A stretch of 64,000 bases of DNA from the human T2T-CHM13v2.0 reference genome, Homo sapiens: the NCBI RefSeq assembly GCF_009914755.1, contig NC_060928.1; one strand, given 5' to 3'. Both the position numbers and the translations under genes were made by a program. The notes under the pieces are model-generated. The model had not been told where the DNA came from. It made no database searches and saw only the letters and a program-made list of their open reading frames with translations. Below are positions 42,951-57,700 of the stretch, piece by piece. Within the stretch, counting starts at the first letter, position 1; the number at the start of each line of letters is the position of its first letter.

Positions 42951-44334
42951 TGTGGCCTTCAAGGAGGTTCCTTGCTCTTACAGGCCTACCATCCGTCCAC
43001 CCATCGATCCAGAACACAATATTTTTAGTGAGAAAATAATTTATTCAATTTGCCATTAGTAATTGCACTTTTGGTAGAGAGTAACAAAATAAATGATTAC
43101 TTGGATTTCTGTCTTATTTTTACCAGTTATTTTTACTGGTAAACCAGGTTGTATATTTTGGACAAGGATGAAGCAAAATAGGAAGTGTTACATCTTCTGT
43201 AGGATTTTCATATTTAACAATTAACCAACACATACATTCATGCAAACAGGTCGATCATTAGGTTTAACATGTGGGGTTATTTCTTATGCTACCTCATTTT
43301 TTTCCCTTAGGTTTTTATCGAACCGGAGGTTTAGCCTGTATATTATGTATTTGTAAATGAAATTTCTTTTCTGATACAACTATATTAGCCTCTATTACAT
43401 TGGCACTTTGCCTTAATGTAATGTCAGTCTATTTATTGTTTAGAATAAAATTATAATCATCTTCATTTCCAACATGTTCTGATACTTGACAGAAAATTCT
43501 TTTAGACTACAGCACTGAGTAATTTTAAGACAAAAATTGTTCATAAACATAATTTTGACATGTGTTAGTCTACTTTTTGTTTCCCATAAATAAATCTCCA
43601 AGTAGAGAAGTTTACATAGAAATGTTTTTGTGAAAATGGGAGATGCTGCAAGAACTATTATTTTTTGAGATGATCCTCTATAGAATTTTTATAAAAGCTT
43701 ATCAGAAATAAAAAGCATATATTAACATAGAATGTAAGTAAGAATTCTATTTTCAAAGAAATTACTAAAATCTTATAGTCATGTTTGATTTACACAAAGT
43801 CAAAGAAAAACTGAAGACACTACCTTGGAACTCCCCTTGAAATTTTAAAGTAGACTCTATCTATTCCGAGGCTCCATTCTGAATGTTAAATGCCAAAAAT
43901 CTATCAAACAACTGGGTATACTTTCATTATATTTGATAAAACATTATTTGCTCATTGAAATGGTGTGCTTCTGTTAATTAGTGTTACTCTGTAATTAGTA
44001 TTACTGCCATGTGTTGCACCTGTTATTCTTTGAAATGACACTTCTTTAAAAATCTCCCTTAAAATTTTGAGGAATACCAATAATCATCTCTTCACCTACA
44101 TATTTCCTATTGATAGTTTCTGTTCATATTCCTATCCATGAATCCTGGCACTTATCTAAAATTTTAATCTTCAGAACAACCATTTTCGGCAAATACCATG
44201 AACCAACCCCCGTCTTTGTGCCTTGATCTCTAAATAGCCTTCTTCCCTTTCTGGAAGGCTTCCTGTTGTGGTTTCTGAGCTCTTCTTGACTTCTCAACTT
44301 GCCTGTTCTCTTTGCTTAGGAAACACATTTTACT

Positions 44335-44498
44335 TAAGCCAGTTCTAGGACTGGGGCTGAGTGAAAAATAAAAATATCGACTCTTTGTTCAAAAATTATT
44401 CATAATTTCATGATGGCAGCAGCAGAACCAAGTGTGGAACCTTTGTAAGTGTGAGGCCTTGTGCAATGCGTAGGTCTCTGCCCATGAAACAGGTCCTG
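44335..44498 (-). mobile_element. MER45A-like hAT MITE
   Basis: ttgttcaaaaattatt...gccttgtgcaatgc...cccatgaaacaggtcctg matches the reverse of recalled MER45A. Confidence 0.7.
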
Positions 44499-44704
44499 GT
44501 TGATGTTATTTGTTGTTATGCTTCAGCACTGCTCTTACTTTTTTGGTACATCCTTTCCCTGACTGTATCTTTCATTACCACTATCAGATTTCCTTTTCCA
44601 TTTTTTCCCAACAGTGTAGCTGCAGAGGCTTGAGCTGCAGAGACTCTTACCTGTTCTCTTCCTGTTTTCCTGAAAGAAAGGTCAAAAACAGCAAATATTT
44701 GTGA

Positions 44705-44996
<292 letters not shown>

Positions 44997-45852
44997 GTGA
45001 ATGTCTCTTAAAATATTTTTATTAAGCATCTTGCAAGAAATTCTTATATTAAATCTGAATTGATAATTGAATTAAGATAAGAATCATACTATCAAATATT
45101 ATAGCATGACTTAGTTTTGTTGATGTAATAGGTGCCAATCTACTTAAAGTATGTATGTATTCAATGTTGGTTACATTCATTTGAAAATTAATTTATTTGA
45201 TAACAGTGTCTGTGACAGTGATGGCAGAGGTTCCAGAGACAATTGTTTAAAATCATTGTGCCAAAATATTAATTTTTATCATCATTAACAGGGTGACTCT
45301 CTTCCTTAGGTGTGGCATCGTTTTCAGAATTAAAGAGGGTATATAACCTGCTTCTACCACATCTGATCTCTATCCTGGTATCTTCTGGGAATCATCTTCT
45401 TCACTATCTTTTTTCTTTCTATATCTCAGTCTTTCTAGGTTTTGCTTTTCATGTTTCTAAGCTAACAGTGATTAATCTGATAACCCATCAGATGGAAAAA
45501 AAAATAGAGAAGATACTTACTCTACTAAATCATCAATTCTTATTTTTTCCATGAGATAAATGTACTTGTTGTTTCATTTTTAGTTTTTATGGGTTTTTCG
45601 GCTTACTCTGCAAATGAGGCAATGACTTCTAGTTTACTGGCTCTGTCAAAGTGATGCTTTCAATGAAATTACTAATTTAATTCCAGTTGAATTAAAAAGA
45701 TTTGGTAACTAGTTGTGGTGGATATGTGGAATATTTCTAGACATTTTCCCCAAAGTAAAGTTATATACTTAGTTGGCTTATTCATTTTTGCATAGGCCCA
45801 ATACTGGGTCTACCAGGGCTGGTGACACAGAATATAAAAATCTCGTGATTCT

Positions 45853-46196
<344 letters not shown>

Positions 46197-49100
46197 CTAT
46201 CTTTTATGCAAGGAGAATGTCAGTGACAGCTTGTTCTAGCACTGACAAAAACGTATTTATTCTATATTTCCACTTACAATGAGTTTTAGGCCTTATTCAC
46301 TCAGAATTCTTAGTTCTTTCCAACAATTATCCTATCTTTAACAAAAAAGACCTGATTAAAACAATGTAATACTTCAACTATAAGGCAACACACATAGAAA
46401 TAGAGTAAGATATCAGCAATTGGCGTAGAAAGTCATGATGAAATCTACAGAAATTTAGGTGTAGAACAGTTCATTAAATGTTAAAATGTACTTAGCAAAT
46501 ATCCATGCTTAATTGTAGGTCAATATAGATATAAACTATTAATGTTGGCTCCTGATACTTCATCATTATGTCAATAATATCACTTTTAATTACTGTTGGC
46601 CTCATCTTTTTTAATACTATTTTCTTGTAAAATATAAACCCTTAATGGGAGAGCAACAGCCTCCTATTTATCACAAGTAATAATTGCACATTATCAATTA
46701 TAATAATCTGTTGCAAATTGTGCTAATTTAAACTTTTATAGGTTATGTTTTCAAAAGTCTTTGTGATTATTTTTCTTTAGTTATTTTAGAACACTCTGCA
46801 CACCTTCCATGCAGAATTAAAAAAAAAATAACTAAACCGAAATTTTTCAAATCTGACACTTATTTTAAATGAAACTATGTGTGTTTTGGCCTAAATTACT
46901 TTAGGCCAAACTGTTAATTACTTTAACAGTTGCCTCACTTCTTCATTTTTTGTACTATTGTATATAAACAAATATAATGCAAATTTTATGAATATTCTAA
47001 CATTTGTTTGGTGGTACACTTGAATTTGCATGAGAAAAAATATTTGTATTTTGTGAAACATTAAATATTTGAAAAAATTTATAAGAGATATGAGTGCTAA
47101 AGCTATGTTTATATGGTAAAGTTTATATATATCCTTTGGTGGATGCTGAAGTTAAATATTTCTTTAAAATATATAAATTAAAATTCATATTTAAAGGATG
47201 ATAAATTTAAAAGTAATGAATATGAGAGTGAGGAGCTATAGCTAAACTACAGATAACACAAAAAATGTTAATTATTGCATCTGAGCTTAGTTTTGAATTT
47301 CCCAAACTTAAATCTACTTAGAAACAATTGATCACAGGGAATAGCACATTTTTATGTTTTTTAAAAATTGTTTAATCTGTTTGGAACCCAATAAATATAC
47401 ATGTCTGAAGACTAAAGACAGCTATGGAGATTTTCAAATAAAAATGTTTTGCTTACATTTAATTTTATTGACCTATTATGCTTGAGTACTTTATTCATAG
47501 CCAGACTTGCATGAGTACTTATTAGTAGCCCAACTAAGAATTAAGCTAAACTTATTAGATGATTTTATAACCCCTTATGTCTGATTAAATTGTATCATTT
47601 AAAATGTATTTGCTGAAATTTAAGTCATCCTAATGAAGCAAATGTTGATAAGGAATACTATTTCTCCCATAGTTTTAAGATGTTTTCATTTTTTGGTGAG
47701 AATACCTTAGCTTTCCAAACCATTTTCTCTTAGTAAAACCCGTTATAGATGATACACCTTATAACTAATTTGAACTGTCTTTAATGATTCAAAAGCAAAT
47801 TTTATAAAGCTCTTAAATTTTTATTCTGCTTTAAACATTTTAATAAATCACTGCTCTTATCCTTAAAAGAAACCACATGGTAGATGTTACTAAGAAAAAT
47901 TAAATTGAAATGTCTCCAATGTATAACTTACATTTAAGGATTGAGTAAAGATGGGGTTTCATAGTTATAATTTATTGAATAGCCCTAAATATAACATTAG
48001 GAAAAAATCTAGTTACTTGTGAAATTATGTCTTCACAGTAGCTGCTGTTATATTTATATTGTGAATGATAGAGCTAAGAGGTGGTGAAAAATATTTATAA
48101 TGGTAGATCATCAGGATAAAATAGGGACAATATGCCTTAATCACTTTTTTTTTTTTTTTGGAATGTACTTAATGGAAAGGATGAATGACTGCCTTACTTC
48201 AAAATTAAATTCTATTGCCTTGAGTGAGGGATTTGAGTATTAGCATAACATTCTATTTATGTGAGTTATGCTATAGTTTTTGTCATTTTTTACATTACAG
48301 TGAAGTAATGCTACTGATTTATGGTTGCATTTTTAAAGGGCAATGCTATACTGAAACCAGAGACTGAAGGAAGCTGAAAGTCATATTTGTCAAAAACTCA
48401 GCCTTGACATAGTTTATGATCATTGACTATTTGCCCTGTTTATAGGGCTTTATTTAAGAGTAAGCTAATCTAGCAAGAACAAATATGACTGATGTTTGCC
48501 TATTTATTATTTTTCAGTGTTTCATTTTTTGGTTAGATGGCTATAAGATGCAAGCTATATAAAGTTATGCAGAAGTTAAAGAATGCATAGTGCTTTCCGT
48601 TTTCATTATTCTCCTTTGAAAAGAATTACTTTGCAAATATTCAGCTTGGGTTCTACCAGCATCCACTATAATCAGAGTAATTTTTAATATCAAATAAATT
48701 ATGAATACTCTCTTCAGTTATGCAATTGAGATGTTAAATGGTTGTGTGAAGATTTGAATGTTATGGTCTGGTATATAAGGAAATTATCGCCAATGTGAAA
48801 AACATTTCTGCTTATAAATTATGAGGGCTTGATAACTTGAAACTTTTATAAGTAAGATTATTTCTAAGTTGAACTATAGGAATTTCAACCTAACCAACAA
48901 CTTCTTATTTAGCTGAGTATCTGAAAACATAGGGAGCGAACTTATATATTACCATTCAAAAGCTTAAAATTATAAACATATTTTCATTCTGGGTTAAAAT
49001 TAATTTTTTAATTTTATCTCTTAGACTCACAGATGATAGGAATAATAGCTATCTTTGCTTTAGTTTTTCAGTCAATGGTTATCAGTACATTTTAATTCTG

Positions 49101-51686
49101 ACTGGAAACTTTAATGTAAACAAGAATAAAATATTATTTTGATATATCTACAAATAAAAAAATTGATGTTGCATACACCACGATGTAGTTACCCCAGGTA
49201 TAGTCAGAGCAAGCAGAAACAGTAAGTGACTTGAATGTTAAGTCAGTAGGTGAGGAGGCAGAAAAACCATCCATTAAAGTGCAGTACTAGGCAAATGAGA
49301 CTCAATGATTATAGCGTCCAGTTAGGCTGATTGGACTGGCTGCAGTAAATTGCACAACTAGAGTTGTCATTCCATGGAGGCGTTATGCCATAGTTTGGAT
49401 CAAGAATGAAAATAAACTAAGATATACTTTCCAATTTGATAGGTACACTAGATAATGTGCTCCAATCTGGAAAAAACAAATGATTTTCTGTTACTGCAGG
49501 AAAATTCAAGTGGTCAGTGTTTCTAGTTTCCAAAACATAACAATACTAAGAATAAAAAATACTGAATTAGTAAAGCTTAATCTATAATTACTACTTACAG
49601 TAAGCAAGGAAGATATTTTATCACAACTGACCTGGCTAATAGAGTGGGCTGGAAGGAAGGAAGCCTATTTATTTGAGACACCATGTGAAAACTTTGAAAC
49701 ACAAAGGGGAAAAGGCAGTTTCATTGAGAATAAAATATTCATGCTGATAACTTACATAAAACAAAAGATGGAGTGTTTTCTGCAGGGAAATTACTTTCTT
49801 TGATGAGCTCCATTTATGCATGATGGAGTTTTAAATTTTTGAAAACCCCCTTGGTTATTTTTTCTTCCTTTCAATTCTGGTGGTTTTAATTTCAGGCATA
49901 AACAGATGTAAAATTTTCTTGCTAAAAGCTTCTTACACTGTTTAAAGTCGGATTTATGACATAGGCAAAAATAAAATGCCGTCTTACAATGACAGTGAGT
50001 AGGAAATCAACAGTTAAGGCATCAGTCTCATGAATTGCACAATGAGCAGTAGCTCCCCCATTTGTTTTGATACTGCCCAATGATAAAATATATCTTCATT
50101 TACTTCGCTCATTTTTAACATTGTTTTGATTGAAGCATATTCTTGAGGGATGCTGAGTATTATATCTGCTAACTAGCAGCTTGGGTTCTGGAAACAATTC
50201 TATTTGAGTGAAATCTATTATATAATGACTTTGTTGAGTGGCCTGGAAGCTGCATGTTAAGGTTCAAACCTTTACTTCTTGAGGATAGAAAGCTATTGGT
50301 TTATCTGATAATTTAATATGGGAGGCATTTTAGAAGCTGCACTGGCTAGCAAGGATTTGTATCTTATGTATTGCCTATCACCCTAATCAAAAGAGAAGGA
50401 AAAGATGGAATATACCTCATCTCTAGAGACTTAGGTTCCAATGGTAGAACATCAGAGTAGAAAGGAAAATAAATGTGTTAATGCTTCTTTGATTGAGCAT
50501 CACAGAGTCAACATGCAATCTGACACTGCTTAAAAGGGGTTGCTAGTATCAGACTCATAAAGGGCTGGAAAAAGAATGGGCAGGAGAAGAATGTTTACAA
50601 GTTGATGTACATCAGCAAGGTTTTCACAGTGTCTGTTTGCAGGAAACTGATCCACTAAGGGCAAATCTTTATGGAAATGTACGTTGCAAAATAACTATCT
50701 ATAAACAAAGCTCTATTTTATTACCAAGTGTGATAAATAGATACCTGTGCTGGCCGAATGTGTATTAGAATAGAGCACTCTAAATTTGCTACATTGAAAT
50801 AGGTCACAAACCTCTTGCAGTGACCCAATTTTGCACTCCTGGGCAGCAAGAATCTAGCTAATAGAATCAGGACTATGCTTTCACTCCTTATGATCTAGCA
50901 AAATCTAGTGATTGCAAGATGTTTTAGAAGCCCAGAAAATGCACATGTACAAACACACACATGTTTAAACCCTCATTAATTATATACTTACATAATTTTT
51001 ACACGGATTTATAAAAGAAAAATGTTCAAGAAATGAAAGATTTTAGAATGCCTCTGCCTCTAAATTTGAGACAGTGGCTTTGCCACACTGCTGTTCATTT
51101 GATAAATATTCATTGATTGTTACTCCCTGGAGATCCAGAAACGAATGTAACCCCCTTATACTCTTAAGAATCTCACAGCTAGCTGAGGTAGAGAGATAAG
51201 TCAATCAGCATTTTTATAACTTAAAATGATAAGTCTAAAGGACAAGTTGTTACATGAGTGTACTTTACTCAGTCTAATAAGTAATAGGAGGTTTTGGAGA
51301 TGGTGATGTGGAGTCAAATTCTGAAAAGTAAATGAATGGGAGGCTGTGTGGGTGTAGGCGCATAAAGTTGACAAGACATTGAGATCTGAGAAAACTTGAT
51401 TTTAAAGATAAGACGACATGCAAACAGTTTCATGCTCCTGCCACAGGGCAGCTGGAAGGATGGAGAGTGTGCAGGCTTGGGAACCACAGCTGGGATAGGG
51501 TCTGATCTCTGTTCAACCAATATTTGGTGGTTTTTTCAAGCATTTAACTTCTAATTGCATTTCTATAATAGCAAAATGTATTTAATAATATCTTATATTT
51601 TAGGTTCATTGTGAAAATATGTTTTATACATGGCATATTCAATCAATATTACTTAAAGAGGTTATAATTATCAAAAATGACCTTAA

Positions 51687-51772
51687 CCAGAGGTTCCCAA
51701 AATGGAATTACTTCAGGAATTTTCAAAAATGCCAAAGACTGGATCTTGCCCCTCAAGATTCCGATTTAACTA
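51687..51772. mobile_element. MER5-like fragment
   Basis: cagaggttcccaaa...gcccctcaagattccgattta. Confidence 0.45.
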
Positions 51773-53209
51773 AACAAAGTCAGATTTCAGGCTGAAAGAG
51801 AATACAGAAAAATCTGAAAAATAATGGTCAGTCATGAAAAAGGAAATAATTGGAAAAATGTTGTCTTCACCTAAGAAGGCTGTGAGTATGCTAAGAAAGA
51901 GGATTTATTTATTCCATAGAACAGAAAGACCGCCATTAACAGGTGTAGCTGAGTAACATTTCCAGGCTGCACCCACTTCAAAATCGTTGATTTTAGGGGC
52001 TAAATAGCAAAAGTAAAGTTTCTATGTTCAGAAAGTCTATTCTGATATGAAGTGCAACAAGTCAATGCCTTATATTATGATAGAAAAAGTTGTAAGTTGT
52101 ATTTCCTTGGACTGCCATGGAAGGAGCATGGAAGAGGTGGCAAGGGAATCTAATTTTGAGGATAAAGAGTCTTAGAGCATTTTAAAGTAACAACGTTTAG
52201 TCTCTCTAATTAATATGCATCTCAAAGAGACAGAGGCCCTGCTTTGAAGATCTGAAATGCAGCAAAAGCTATCCTGCCTAAGCCTTTAACCATGGGTTTG
52301 ATGACTAGAAACGATATTTTTAACCATGTTAGGAGAGAAAGAAATAGGCTGAATTACAGCAGAAAGAATTTAAATACATAGTAGAGCAAATGACGATCAC
52401 CATTTGAATATTAAAACAACTTACTTTATTTTTGTCCTATCATAAATTAGCCCTGATATTCTATCCTGGTTACCAAGGAAGCAATTGTGTGGCAGAACCA
52501 TATTCTCTAATGTTAAGGATGACAGAAAACTGAGAAGAAGCCAAGTTCCTCTTAATGAATTAAGATTTTAAAGGTCTGAAGTATTATTTTTTCATGAAAA
52601 ACAATAATGCTGATAGTTTGATTATGTAAATAAAGTATACAATATTACACTTTTGTAATTGATATTAAGGACCTACATATAAATGAATTATTTTACACAT
52701 ATATTGTTTTTCCCACGAAAATACTTCGGGCTAATTGGATAATAATTAACCATATTTATTTTCTCCCCATGAAAGTCTTTTAATATTACAGAAATATTTC
52801 CCTATGAGGTATATAATTGTTGAAATATTTCCCACCTAAAATTATCCTAATTACTTTGTGCCACTCTTGGGGTAGAAATATGTGAAATTGCATCACTTTC
52901 AAAAAAGATTTCTTTAAAGATCTTCTTTAATTTACTCATCTTCACAAACTTTTCACAGACTTGTAAATTTGTCTATGCATGCTGTTTATTTTTTTTGTTT
53001 GGCTTTGTTTGGCTTTGGTTTTAGGGATTTTTTTTTTTTTTTTTTTGCACTCAGCATTTACACAAAATCCCATTACAATCTAACATTTGCTTCAACCATT
53101 CAAATAGATGAGGGGTGTGGGGGGTTGTTGCTGTTGTTGTTTATTACACAAACTATTTTCAGGTAAACAAATCCAGTGACCATGTTTCAGTCTTCATCTT
53201 ATTTGACTT

Positions 53210-53318
53210 CTCATCTCATTGTGGAAATTTGCATTTCCCTGATCATTAGAGGAGTTGAGAATTTTTCATATACCTGTTGGCTATTTGAATGTCTTCTTTT
53301 AAGCAACGTCTATTCTAT
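53210..53318 (-). mobile_element. L1M ORF2 fragment
   Basis: tctcattgtggaaatttgcatttccctgatcattag...gtcttctttt. Confidence 0.7.
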
Positions 53319-54639
53319 CCTTAATTCTTACCTTTCCTTTACCCCATATTCCTACTCTTTCTGTAAGACCCATTGTTTCTGCTTCCTAACTATATTTCAA
53401 ATAGGCCAGTTACTCCCCAACTTTACTGGCCTCTTTCTTGAACACATGACCACCGTCTTATGTCTGGTCTCCTCCAGGAGCCTCCTTGTTAATATCCCAC
53501 TTATATGATTCTAGTGGGTACCTAACCCATGATATTTTTTATCATTGCATTTTGTGTGTATTCTTTGTAGCAACTACCATGAATTTTTATATGAATATTT
53601 ATGTTAAATTTCATGGGTATATTTTCTTGTTTATTATCTCTCTAAGCAGATAAACTGTAAGAAGATAGACTTGTGCCTTTTACTCCATCAGTGGATATAA
53701 ACATTTTTAACAGTGACTGTTATACATTAGGAGGTCAAAAAATATTGTTTTTAATAAGCGACTGACTTGCTTAAAGACTACAAAAGTAGTGCTGTGGCTA
53801 CCGCCCCCCCCCCCCACAAAATCTATTTCTAAGAAAAAAATTATATATATATGCATATATATTCATCAATTGAATAGGTATCATATTATATTTAGCAACC
53901 CATCTATAGAAGAGGAAAGTTTGCTTAGGGGAGTAATAGACCATGTTGATTTTATATTGATTTATATTGATTTTAAGACTTAGTTTTTGATCAGCTTTTG
54001 TTATTCTTTGTAGTGATGGTGGCGGTGGCTTTTTTCCTATTACAAAAAAAACAAAACTAGCAATTCACTTAAATCATTCCGGTGACTCAAGAGCTATCTC
54101 AAAGTGCGCTAATCATTTACTTCATAATTTATTGTCAAATGTTAGTGTACATCATTTTATACACAAAAAAACTAATTATTTTAATGTGGATTTTAAATAG
54201 AAACTTAGAAACAATACTGAGATTAGACTGTAGATTAACTGTATAAGCACTGTCATTATATGTTCAGCAATTGGGAGAAGCTACTGAATGCATGAATTCG
54301 GCTTTAGTTAGTACCAACATAATAAAATGGCTATAGCATATGGCATGAAAAAGGCCATTTAAGTACGGATTTGGTAAAGTGATAAGGAAAGGGGCAAGAC
54401 TATAGGATTTTACAGATAACTCATCTGATGAGAAAATAAAGCAAAAAGTTGGCAGTAAAAGAGAGAACAGTAATGGGATGATAGACAGATGGAGAACCAA
54501 ATACAGCAAGAGAGGTGAAGGAGAGTTCTCCGTGTTTGAAGGCAGATAAAAAGAAAGTCACTGAAGAGGAAAAATTAAATTTGGCAGAGAGTGAGGAAAA
54601 CATAAGAATTATATCACTCAGAAGCTTCAGTGTCTTCTC

Positions 54640-54860
54640 TAGTTCTGTATAATAATTTGGATATCAAAAAATATTTTTACACAGTTGTATTATATGACCC
54701 TTACACAAACTATTTAAGTATGAGTGAAGTAAGACAGGTGGTTCTATTCCCATTTCACAGATTAGAAAACAGAAGCTCAGTTCCTAGGGTCATGAAGCAG
54801 GTAAATAACATAAGGGAGAACAGAAGTATTCTGATTTCTACAGTTTTATACTTTCCACTA
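54640..54860 (-). mobile_element. MIR
   Basis: cccatttcacagattagaaaacagaagctcag core. Confidence 0.55.
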
Positions 54861-55582
54861 CACTATGTTGACAGTGTGGTATTAATCTTTAAACAGGAGG
54901 AGATTGAAATCTGCTGTGAGAAAGGAAGCATTTAAGGCAATGATCCAAAATGAGTCTCTTTTGCCACCCACACACTTGAATTATTACTACAGCCTAAGTA
55001 AATTTCAGTAAACCAGGAGTGTAGAAAGAGATGGCTGTCATGAAGGGGTGGGGGTAGCATTCATTTTTTCATTCTTTTTTTTTTTATAGTGTTCTGTATG
55101 TAAACCTTCTACCAATTATTGGAAATACATTGGTGAGCAAAAATAGTCATAGTCCAAGCCTTCCTGAAGCCCATTTTCTAGTGAAAAAAAGTAGGCTTTT
55201 TGTCAAACAACAAAATTAAATTTTTAAGTGCAAACTCAAATGTAAAGGCAAAGTACACAATGCTATGAAATAATTTTAAATGAGTCTCATAGAGCTGAGA
55301 AGGCCAGGAGATACTTGCTTACCTAGAAGGATGGCAATTGATTTAAATTCTAAAGAAGGAATAAGAGTGAAGTATCTGAGAAGATTTAGGGCAGGCACAA
55401 AGCCTGCTAGGAAGACATATATGAAGAAATGAAAGAATTTGGTATGACCAAAAAAATTTGGTGTGCTTATGTTCCTGTGCCCTGAATTAAAACCAACAGT
55501 AGAATTTTCTCTTCATTTTAAATAGTTATGTAGTGAAATTGAGTCAGACAATTCTGACTCAATATTTTTTCCAAGTGATGAC

Positions 55583-56001
55583 TATCCAAAAACCAAAGTA
55601 TGACAAATTTAGTTCATTGATCTTATTGATTTTTAGTTGAGATTCGTGAATCAGGTAGCATCTCATATAAAAATAGAGAGGTGCTATGTTGGACATAGGC
55701 GAACAGTTGGGTTTCGTAAGGTAGGAACAAGAAAGTCAAAAGAGCAAATTGGTTAATACCAGGTACTTCATGTTATTTTACTCGTAAGAGTTAAAGCAGT
55801 GACTTCCTTATTATTTCAGCAGAAGTTGACTGAGTTCTTTCCAATTGGTTGTTGAAGCTCCTGTTTTCAGACAAAAACTTGTCTGTCCGAGGATTTTCCT
55901 ACTTCCTTACAGTTCAGTTCGCTCTGCTTTAGTTTGGTCTATTGGGATCTAGTGCAGGAGCTCAGTCCAAAACAATGGCCTTCTACAAATTTTAATTAAC
56001 A
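55583..56001 (-). mobile_element. ERV1-class solo LTR
   Basis: Minus-strand start tgttaattaaaatttgtagaaggccattgttttggactgagctcctgcactag; putative 4-bp TSD tgac (55579-55582, 56002-56005). Confidence 0.65.
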
Positions 56002-56056
56002 TGACTCAAAAACAGAGAATAAAATAATTGCTTTAAAGTCATAATTTCTGGGAGGA

Positions 56057-56087
56057 TGTGTGTGTGTGTATGTGTGTGTGTGTGTGT
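56057..56087. repeat. (TG)n microsatellite
   Basis: TG run with one TA interruption. Confidence 0.9.
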
Positions 56088-56394
56088 ATTCTTGCAAAGG
56101 TCTTAAACAGTGTTTTGCACATGAAAAACCGTCATAAAATAATAATCAGTTAATTCTTTCAGCATGTATTTATTGAAAACCTAGGAAGTACAATGTGTGC
56201 AAGCACTCTACTGGAGGCTCTTATCAGCTTTTTATCCTCTAGTATTTGACCAAAGAATGGCCAGGATGCAGTTAAAAAGATTACTTCTTGCTTTGAAAAA
56301 GCCAATTCCATATGTGTTTACATATTTATATTTTCTAGATTTCTAATCTTCTTTTCTTGCCATAGCCTCAGGTAGGACAGGAAAACCATTCTTG

Positions 56395-56550
56395 CAGTGC
56401 TGTAGTGATATACTCTCCAATATGGTAGTCATCTGCCACATGTGGCTATTGAATATTTGGAATGTGGCTAGTACAACTAAAACTTGATCTTTTATTTTAT
56501 TGGGTTTTAATTTAAATAGCTGCATATGGCTAGTATCACCTGCATAGTGC
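56395..56550. mobile_element. MER3 (hAT-Charlie) MITE
   Basis: ccacatgtggctattga...aatgtggctagt...aatttaaatagc. Confidence 0.75.
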
Positions 56551-57239
56551 CACTTCAGAGGGATTCAGAAAAAGACTTTTAAGTTCCCACTGCAATGTAC
56601 TTTTGATACCTTTGGCATGAACTTGCTATTTCTTGTATCTTGTGGCCTGGATGTAATTGAAAGAGATTTTTTTTGGTATAAGGGAAAACTTATCTTGAGA
56701 AAAAAATGTAGGTGTGAACAAAAGCTCATTTTCCCAACTCTCTTGGGGAATAAAAAGTAAAATGTTGATATCAAAAAGTCTGCCAAAACACGCAGATGGA
56801 ATTTCACAGGAATTGATTTTTTCAAGAACCCAAAAGAGTTAAAATAAACAATTTTCTTTATGTTTATTATTTGAGAAACAGCCACTCACAAAAATATAAA
56901 AACCATAAAAATAAAGGAAATAAAATTACTTGTGTTATAAACATTTAGAAAAATCTGGTGGTGATTTAAAGATAGGTGGAAGATTAATCTGAGGTCAGCC
57001 AACTTATTTCTCTTAATTATATCCAATATTTAGAGTTTCTGCGAGACACCCTTTTTTCTAAAATATTTACTTTTGAATATGAATGCATGCAATTGAATTT
57101 GTTGATTCAAAAAGTAGAAAAGTAAATAAAGTTAAGAGTATATTTTTCTTCCATGTTTATACCACAGCTTTCTAGTAACACTGCTTGGTGATAACTACTG
57201 CCTCTTTTTATTTTTATTTATTTTGCAATATTTTGGAGC

Positions 57240-57700
57240 TATTTTATTTACTCTTCTAACATATTTACTGGGTGCCTATTTATTATAAGATAGGCAATGT
57301 TCTAAGCACTGGTTTATTGCAGTGGAAATAAAAGACAGAAAAAATCTTTAAAAAATTACATTTCAAGAGAAGGAAAGAGGCAATAAACACAATAAATAAG
57401 TAAAATACATGATATGTTAAACAGTGACAAGAGGTACAGATTTTAAAAATATTCTTAAGGAGATCAAGGTGTTGAAAGAAAAAGGGGATAAGGGAGTACC
57501 TCATTGGGGAAGAAGTTTACGTATGTTAATCAGAGAAGAACTTTGAGAGCTTTATTTTCAGCAAAGACTTGTAGAAAATAGGGAGCAAGACTTAATCAAG
57601 CAGAGAATTCCACATTCAAAGGCCTTACTGCAGGAGCTTGTTCAGCATCTTCTAGGAAAGCATCTTTGCAATGTGGGTGGGACAGAGTGATCACAAGGCA
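57240..57700 (-). mobile_element. L2 3' fragment
   Basis: aacatatttactgggtgcctat...ttctaagcactgg, caaaggcctt...ggagcttg. Confidence 0.6.

Noticed and set aside
46218-46247. Inverted repeat tgtcagtg...cactgaca
   Set aside because: 8-bp arms with a 14-nt spacer are expected by chance
53801-53815. Poly-C tract / possible G-quadruplex
   Set aside because: Isolated homopolymer with no CpG island or promoter context
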